Shown here in pieces: positions 58,266 through 64,000 of a stretch of 64,000 nt of DNA (the first letter of the stretch is position 1; each line of letters starts with the position of its first letter). The translations under genes and the position numbers were made by a program. The notes below the pieces were generated by a model that was not told where the DNA came from, did no database searches, and was given only the letters and a program-made list of their open reading frames with translations. Source of the DNA: Longimicrobiales bacterium (lineage in GTDB: Bacteria > Gemmatimonadota > Gemmatimonadetes > Longimicrobiales > Gaopeijiaceae); NCBI GenBank assembly GCA_041690395.1, contig JAWLHJ010000006.1, positions 6,530-70,529 of the forward strand, written 5' to 3'.

Positions 58266-59272
58266 AACCGCGCGCTCGCGTGGACGGCCCCGTCCTTCCC
58301 CACCAGCAGCCCCTCGGCGCCGGGCACCCGGTCCAACAGCTCCAGACCCGCCTCCGGTCCCAGCACAAGCAGGGCCGTCGACAGCGCGTCGGCGTCCATG
58401 GCGGTTTCGGCCACGACGGTCACCGCACTCGTATGGGTCGGGGAGCGCCCGGTCCTCGGGTCGAGGATGTGGTGATGACGGCGATCCAGCGTGAACGCCT
58501 GCATGTAGTCACCCGACGTCGCCACCGCCTGGCCCGCGAGCCGGACGCGACCGACCGGGCGCGCGGGGTCGTCGGGGTGCTGGACGGCGATGCTCCACGG
58601 CTCGTCCGCCACGCCCGCGCCGCCCGACGCGATGTCCCCCCCGGCGTCGACCATGACGCGCTCGGCGTCGGTCGCCGCCAGGACCGCCACCGTCCGGTCC
58701 ACCACGTATCCCTTGGCGATGCCGTCGAGGGTCAGCGCGCTGCCGGGCCGGGTCAGTCGGACCGCGCGCCCCTCGATCTCGACCGCGTCGAGCCCGACCA
58801 GGGCGACGGCCCGGGCCACGTCGGCATCCGTGGGAAGCGCGCCCCGTTCCGCGTGCCGCTCGAACAGGCGCAGCAGCGGGAGCACGGTCGGGTCGAACGC
58901 GCCGCCGCTGAGGTCGTGGATCTCGAGGGCGCGAGCCAGGACCTCGAGGAGCTCGCCGGGCGCGTCGTCGAGCGTCCCGAGTGTGTTCAGGCGCGCCATG
59001 GGCGTCCCGGATGCGTGCCGGCTCAGGACCGCCTCGAGCCGCTCGATCTCGGCGAACGCCCCGCTTACCATGCCGCGCGCCGCCTCGGCGTCCGCGTGCA
59101 CGGCCGTGATGGTGACGAGCGTCCCCAGGCGCGGCCGCGTGTCGGTCACCCGGTGCAGCCCCGCGCGTCGGAGCACCTCCCGCGTCAGCACACCCCCGAG
59201 GGCGAGCGCCGCCCCACCCACCGCGGTGATCCGGAGGGCCTCCCTCCGCGTGATCTTCCTGGGCTCAGACAC
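58262..59272 (-). CDS. apbE: FAD:protein FMN transferase
   Basis: Tat-like TRREAL; GAFDPTV, DGIAKGY, ATSGDY, HHILDPRTG, ADALST. Confidence 0.92.
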   Translation of the reverse strand: MSEPRKITRREALRITAVGGAALALGGVLTREVLRRAGLHRVTDTRPRLGTLVTITAVHADAEAARGMVSGAFAEIERLEAVLSRHASGTPMARLNTLGTLDDAPGELLEVLARALEIHDLSGGAFDPTVLPLLRLFERHAERGALPTDADVARAVALVGLDAVEIEGRAVRLTRPGSALTLDGIAKGYVVDRTVAVLAATDAERVMVDAGGDIASGGAGVADEPWSIAVQHPDDPARPVGRVRLAGQAVATSGDYMQAFTLDRRHHHILDPRTGRSPTHTSAVTVVAETAMDADALSTALLVLGPEAGLELLDRVPGAEGLLVGKDGAVHASARF

Positions 59273-61490
59273 CGGCGCCCGCCTGCTTCGGCGGCACCCG
59301 GAGCTGCACCAGCCGGGGCCGGATCTTCTCCATGTCGTGCCGGCAGGCGCCGACCCGCTCGATGAGGTTCGTCTCGCAGACGTTACAGCGGACGCACTCC
59401 TTGAAGTCGATGTGCGGCCCGTCGATGGCGCCCGTCGGGCAGTCCTGCTCGCACACCTTGCAGACGTCGCACTGCTCCACCCGCCCAATCCTGCGGAGCG
59501 ACACGAGCGAAGCGACGGCGAGGCCCGCCCCGAGCGGGCACGCGTATCTGCAGTAGAACCGTGGAATGAACGCGGAGGCCAAGAGGAACGCGACCGCGAT
59601 CGACCAGAGGAGGAACGAGGGGCTCAGGAAGAAGACCGTCCCGAACGGCTCGAAGTACTGGTAGAGGCTCACGCGGCTTCCCATGAGCGCGGGCACGAGC
59701 ACGACGAGCAGGATCAGGTACTTCACCTTGAGCGCCGGCACGTGGATGCGCCGCGGCACGGTCACCTTGAACCGCTTCGGCACCACCCGGTCGATCATGT
59801 CCTGCAGCGCGCCGAACGGGCACAGGACGCCGCAGAAGACCCGCCCCCACAGTAGCGTAGTCGCGATCGTGACGACGACCATCATCAGCAGGGGCAGGTC
59901 GCGCACGAACACGACCGGGCCCACCCAGATGCCCGCCGTCACGTGCGAGATGGAGAGGAAGCTCCCGTCGAGGAAGCCCAGGAAGACGATCGTGGCTCCG
60001 AGCGCGGCGTAGCGGAGTCCGGTCTTCTTGCGGAAGAACGCGACCAGGGCGAGTCCGAGCACCAGCGCCAGCCCGACGACCCTCGTCCAGTCGGTGGTGT
60101 CGATCGTGCGCTGGAGCTCGGATTCCTCCTCGACGGTGGAGAAATCGAAGGGGGCCTGGCGGACCGGGGCGGGCGTCGTCGACTCGGCGGCGGGGGGCGT
60201 CGCGTTAGGCACGGTGGCGCCGGGCACCGTGGCCCCGGCAGCAGAGTCGGCCGCGGAGTCGACGGTCGATCCGGCCGCGCCCCGGGCCGAGTCCTCGGGG
60301 GGTGGGAGCGGCTCCTCGACCACGGGTTCCTCTGCTACGGGCGCCTCCGCCACCGGGGCGTCGACGACCGGGGCCTCAGCCTCCGGCTCCTCGACGACGG
60401 CCGGCTCCGGCGTCGCGCCTTCGGCCACGACGGCCCGCTCGGGCGCCTCCAGCGCGTCGAAGTACGCCAGGTAGTGCCCTTCGTGTCCGTCGACCTCGTA
60501 CATCATGGTGAAGGGCTGCGTCACGTCGATCCGGTCATCGAGCATGAACACGCCCACCATGACGGCCTCGCCGTCGACGCGCCCCCCGCGGGTCAGCCCG
60601 AGCGAGTAGACCTGACTCTCGGGAAGCTCGAGCGTGTCGCCGGCCTGCTCGACGTACCATCCCTCCCGCAGGAAGAGCCGGAGCCGCGGGCCTTCGAGCG
60701 CGTACATCACGTAGGTCGGGTCCTCGAGGTCCCAGCGCTCCGCGGCGGCGTAGATTCGCGGCAGATGCTCCGGCCCGAGGAAGAACTCGGCGATCGAGTC
60801 GTTGGGCAGATGGGTCATCGAGATGTCGAGATACCCTTCGCGGTCCTCGATCAGCATGCGCTTCAGGACCCCGCGGGTGCGCATGTCGAACCACGACATC
60901 TCCTCGAGCACGATGGGCCCCTGCTCCACCACCCCGAGGATGTCGTCCGAATAACTCTCGGCCACCCGCCGGGCTGCGTTACGGATCCCTCGCGCGAAGG
61001 CGCGCGTGCTGAGCGTCGCCCGCGAGACCCCGTCGACGTCGGCGTTCACCTCGAACGGATCGGCGATGCTCTTGCCGGCGAACTGCTCCTGGATGCCCCG
61101 GCGCCGCAGGAAGTCCCCCATGCTGCTCATGTAGGACTCGTAGTAGTCCGTGACCCGGGCCCCGGTGATCAGGCCGTCGATGCCGAGCCCCACGATGGCG
61201 CGCACCGGTCCGCTGTAGCCGAGCTGCTCGGGCGGGATGTCCTGGGTGAGGAAGACGAAGCCCAGGAAGAGATCCCCCTTGTAGGCGCGGATCACCGGCG
61301 GGTCGCCGGACTTGCTTTCGAAGCGATCCGCGGCCGGCATGACCTCGAGCAAGAGGTCCCGGGAAACACCGGAGACCGATTGAGCGGCCGCGTCCGTCGC
61401 GAACGCCGCGCTCAGGCACCACAAGACGAGCGCCGCCCATGCGAACGCGGGCGGGCGACGGCTACGGGCGGCTCTCGAGGGTGGGGTCAT
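59265..61490 (-). CDS. NosR/NirI-like FMN-binding, 4Fe-4S membrane protein
   Basis: GYSGP, VDGVSRATLS flavinylation-like motif, two CxxxCP motifs, C-terminal CxxCxxCxxxCP ferredoxin motifs. Confidence 0.85.
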   Translation of the reverse strand: MTPPSRAARSRRPPAFAWAALVLWCLSAAFATDAAAQSVSGVSRDLLLEVMPAADRFESKSGDPPVIRAYKGDLFLGFVFLTQDIPPEQLGYSGPVRAIVGLGIDGLITGARVTDYYESYMSSMGDFLRRRGIQEQFAGKSIADPFEVNADVDGVSRATLSTRAFARGIRNAARRVAESYSDDILGVVEQGPIVLEEMSWFDMRTRGVLKRMLIEDREGYLDISMTHLPNDSIAEFFLGPEHLPRIYAAAERWDLEDPTYVMYALEGPRLRLFLREGWYVEQAGDTLELPESQVYSLGLTRGGRVDGEAVMVGVFMLDDRIDVTQPFTMMYEVDGHEGHYLAYFDALEAPERAVVAEGATPEPAVVEEPEAEAPVVDAPVAEAPVAEEPVVEEPLPPPEDSARGAAGSTVDSAADSAAGATVPGATVPNATPPAAESTTPAPVRQAPFDFSTVEEESELQRTIDTTDWTRVVGLALVLGLALVAFFRKKTGLRYAALGATIVFLGFLDGSFLSISHVTAGIWVGPVVFVRDLPLLMMVVVTIATTLLWGRVFCGVLCPFGALQDMIDRVVPKRFKVTVPRRIHVPALKVKYLILLVVLVPALMGSRVSLYQYFEPFGTVFFLSPSFLLWSIAVAFLLASAFIPRFYCRYACPLGAGLAVASLVSLRRIGRVEQCDVCKVCEQDCPTGAIDGPHIDFKECVRCNVCETNLIERVGACRHDMEKIRPRLVQLRVPPKQAGAGV

Positions 61491-61688
61491 CGACGCAACA
61501 TGGGGACGTGGGACCATTCAGGGACACGGCGGGCGGGTGCGCTGCTGAGTATGGGGCGCGCCGGCCGGACGGCAACCGGACGCGGCGCGGGGGGTAGACC
61601 TGTCGCACGACGCCTCGGTTGGACATTATCCGGGCCTTCGTCCGCCGGTGGCTTCCGGTGGGACGGGACATAGACTCCAGGAGGACGC

Positions 61689-62540
61689 ATGAGGAAGGGT
61701 TTCCGCGCGCTGAGCGCTCTGGTCGTGGCCACGGGAATGGCCGTCGCACCCGCCGCCGCCCAGCAGCAAGAGCGGCACGACATGACGACGTACGAGCGGC
61801 CGATCGAGATGGCCGACAACGTCTGGATCGAGGAGCTCACGGCGCTGGAAGTCCGGGACCTCCTGGCCGGCGGCACGAACACCGCGCTCATCCTCGTGGG
61901 TGGCATCGAGGAGAATGGCCCGTACCTGACGACCGGCAAGCACAACCACGTACTCCGGGTCATGGGCGACGCCATCGCGCGTAAGCTCGGCAACACGCTC
62001 GTGGCGCCGATCATCGCGGTCGAGCCCGGTAATCCGGAGCGGGTGAGCGCGCTCGGTCAGATTCGCTACTCGCAGGAGACGTACCGGGCGGTGCTCCGCG
62101 ACTACGCGGTCAGCCTGAAGTCCCAGGGTTTCACGCGCATCTTCATGATGGGTGACAGCGGCGGGAACCTCCGCGGCATGGAAGAAATCGCCGCCGAGCT
62201 GTCCGAGGCCTGGGCCGGTGAGGGCGTGATCATCGACCACATCGAGGAGTTCTACAACTACGCGGACGTGCTCGCCTACCAGAACGAGGTCCTCGGCGTG
62301 CCCGAGGTCCAGTACGACGACGGCTTCCACGACAACTACTACATCACGTCGATCATCATGAACGACGACCCGCGCTATGTGCGCTTCGAGGAGCGCCTGA
62401 ACGCGGGCAAAGCGTCGATCAACGGGGTTTCGATCACGCCCATCGGCGAGACGCTCGAGCACGGCCGGAGGCTCATCGACTTCCGGGCGGGCGTGACCGT
62501 GGACGCCATCCGCAAGACGATCGCCGACCACACGCACTGA
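61689..62540 (+). CDS. Creatininase-family protein, secreted
   Basis: WIEELT..EVRD, GGIEENGPYL..GKHN, GDSGGN, DGFHD. Confidence 0.85.
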   Translation: MRKGFRALSALVVATGMAVAPAAAQQQERHDMTTYERPIEMADNVWIEELTALEVRDLLAGGTNTALILVGGIEENGPYLTTGKHNHVLRVMGDAIARKLGNTLVAPIIAVEPGNPERVSALGQIRYSQETYRAVLRDYAVSLKSQGFTRIFMMGDSGGNLRGMEEIAAELSEAWAGEGVIIDHIEEFYNYADVLAYQNEVLGVPEVQYDDGFHDNYYITSIIMNDDPRYVRFEERLNAGKASINGVSITPIGETLEHGRRLIDFRAGVTVDAIRKTIADHTH

Positions 62541-62621
62541 GGTCGGTCCGGCGCGACAGGGCTGGCGCCGGGGTCCGCCCCGGCGCCGAGCCCGGCCGCG
62601 TGAGCCGCAGCCGGCCGGCGC

Positions 62622-64000
62622 TCAGCCGATCCGGTCGGGCTCGATGCGCAGGCGGGCCCGGCCGAGTGCGGCGGGCCACAGGGGCGTGAGCGAAACGCCC
62701 TGGACCGATGACTCGGGTCCCTGCTCGGACTTGGACATCGTGCGGATCTCGTAGCGCTGGAGCTCGGCCGGCTCCGGGTCGAGGACGAGGTCCACGTCAT
62801 GGGACAGCGACAGCTCGGGCGCGAACCAGGCGTCCGGCGGGAAGTCGGCCGCGTCCCATCGGTAGGTGATCTCGAGGGTCCCGTCCTCCTCGAATACGAT
62901 CTCCTTCGTCAGCCCTCCGAGCCCGTCGAAGGACAGGCCGACGCCGAAGCGTCCCTCGCCCCGGCTCACCGCGACGTCGGGTCGTTCCCGCGCCCAGGAC
63001 CGCAGCGGATCGTAGTCGGCCGCGGCGTAGGCCTCGCTCGAGAGCCCGCCGTGCAGCACCCGATCCACGGTGAGCGCCCGGTCCTCGAGGTCGTACGGAG
63101 GGAGCTCCTCGAAGCCCAGCCGCTCCTCCAGCGCGTGGATGGACGGCATCCCGTCGGCGTCGGCGGCGTGCGTGCCGTCCTCGTGGGCGGTCCCATGCGC
63201 AGTCTCATGGCTGCCCGCGCGGTGATAGCTCTCCCAGCGGCGCGTGAGCACGTCCGCGAGGTTGCGCCGCGCCGCGAAGTCCACGAGCTCCGTGACCGCG
63301 CCTCCCCGGGTGAGGTCGATCATCGCCGAGAAGGCGCCGGAGTGGACCCACAACTCGTCTCCGGCCGGGCCGCGCAGCATCTCTCCGTCGAGCCCCTCCC
63401 CGGCACGCAGCAATCCTTCCGCCTCGGCGAGGTTCGCCCAGATGGCCTCCCTGAGATGGCGGAGGTACAGCCCGCCGAACACGCCGTGCCAGTACGCGTC
63501 GTTGCAGCGGGCGCGGCCGAGGGCGTGGCTGGCCTCCGGGCCGGCGTCGCGCTCGGCGCAGAGGCCGGCGAGCCGGGCCGCCTTCCGGTGCATCCGCCCC
63601 GACTCGGCGTAGATCGCCATGAAGTTGCGCCAGTGCCCTCCCCGCACGAACCGGGACGCCACGTGCGCCGCACCCGTGTGGCCGAGCGCCTCCTCGACCT
63701 GCTCGAGGGCGACCGCCGAGGCCGGCGGCAGCGACCACCCTTCCATCTCGCTGTACGACGCGGACGGCAGGTACGACGGGCCGGCCGCAGGCACACGCTC
63801 CACGGCATCCGAGGCGCGCACCATTTCCACCACGCCGTCCTCGATGAGGCCGCCCATCGTTCGCACGAAGTCCTCGATCCAGCCGGAGCCCCACACCCAC
63901 TCCGCGGTGCCCGGCCACCCTCCGAACTTCTCGCCGTCGTCCGCGAGGATCGCGAGCGCCCGGTCTTCGGCACGCAGCCCCCGCAGATACCGCTCCAGCT
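62622..64000 (-). CDS. GH57-family alpha-amylase/4-alpha-glucanotransferase (5' part off the window)
   Basis: LADDGEKFGGWPGT, YLPSASYSEMEGW, CNDAYWHGVFGGLYL, DVLTRRWESYH. Confidence 0.9.
   Translation of the reverse strand, partial: LERYLRGLRAEDRALAILADDGEKFGGWPGTAEWVWGSGWIEDFVRTMGGLIEDGVVEMVRASDAVERVPAAGPSYLPSASYSEMEGWSLPPASAVALEQVEEALGHTGAAHVASRFVRGGHWRNFMAIYAESGRMHRKAARLAGLCAERDAGPEASHALGRARCNDAYWHGVFGGLYLRHLREAIWANLAEAEGLLRAGEGLDGEMLRGPAGDELWVHSGAFSAMIDLTRGGAVTELVDFAARRNLADVLTRRWESYHRAGSHETAHGTAHEDGTHAADADGMPSIHALEERLGFEELPPYDLEDRALTVDRVLHGGLSSEAYAAADYDPLRSWARERPDVAVSRGEGRFGVGLSFDGLGGLTKEIVFEEDGTLEITYRWDAADFPPDAWFAPELSLSHDVDLVLDPEPAELQRYEIRTMSKSEQGPESSVQGVSLTPLWPAALGRARLRIEPDRIG

Noticed and set aside
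60150..60450. Short repeats within the NosR-like gene
   Set aside because: They encode a low-complexity Pro/Glu/Ala/Val linker, not a DNA repeat element.

Overview
GC-rich bacterial chromosomal segment. The gene content (SusC-like TonB-dependent receptor, PadR + ADOP-type permease, 6-bladed beta-propeller lipoprotein) suggests Gemmatimonadota or a similar phylum; this is inference. There are three zones. (1) 1-19.3 kb is mostly housekeeping, signalling and transport. It starts with a SusC-like receptor gene whose ~400-nt leader appears to hold, in series, a sigma70-like promoter, a SAM-II-type riboswitch with its own terminator/antiterminator, and a Met/Cys-rich leader peptide (MMMCCCMCRC) with a classical 1:2/2:3/3:4 attenuator. 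This apparent two-input sulfur-starvation gate is the most novel-looking element in the window. (2) 19.4-49.0 kb is visibly more A/T-rich accessory DNA. A decayed accessory region (19.4-24.5 kb) precedes a ~24.4-kb integrative element bounded by a 46-bp direct repeat of the tRNA-Arg(CCG) 3' end. The element carries an integrase, an excisionase-like HTH, a replication ATPase and a Xer-like recombinase. Its dense defence cargo comprises Abi/HEPN, an MmeI-like RM enzyme, GmrSD, an ART-fold protein, Schlafen/AlbA, an RM controller-like gene with a C-box, a trypsin-like + HEPN-like pair and a DUF6978/DUF1828-like operon. (3) 49-64 kb is core genome: ECF sigma cluster, RNase P RNA, metabolic genes, ApbE + NosR-like protein and a GH57 gene. 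All family assignments come from motif recognition by eye; no database searches were run.
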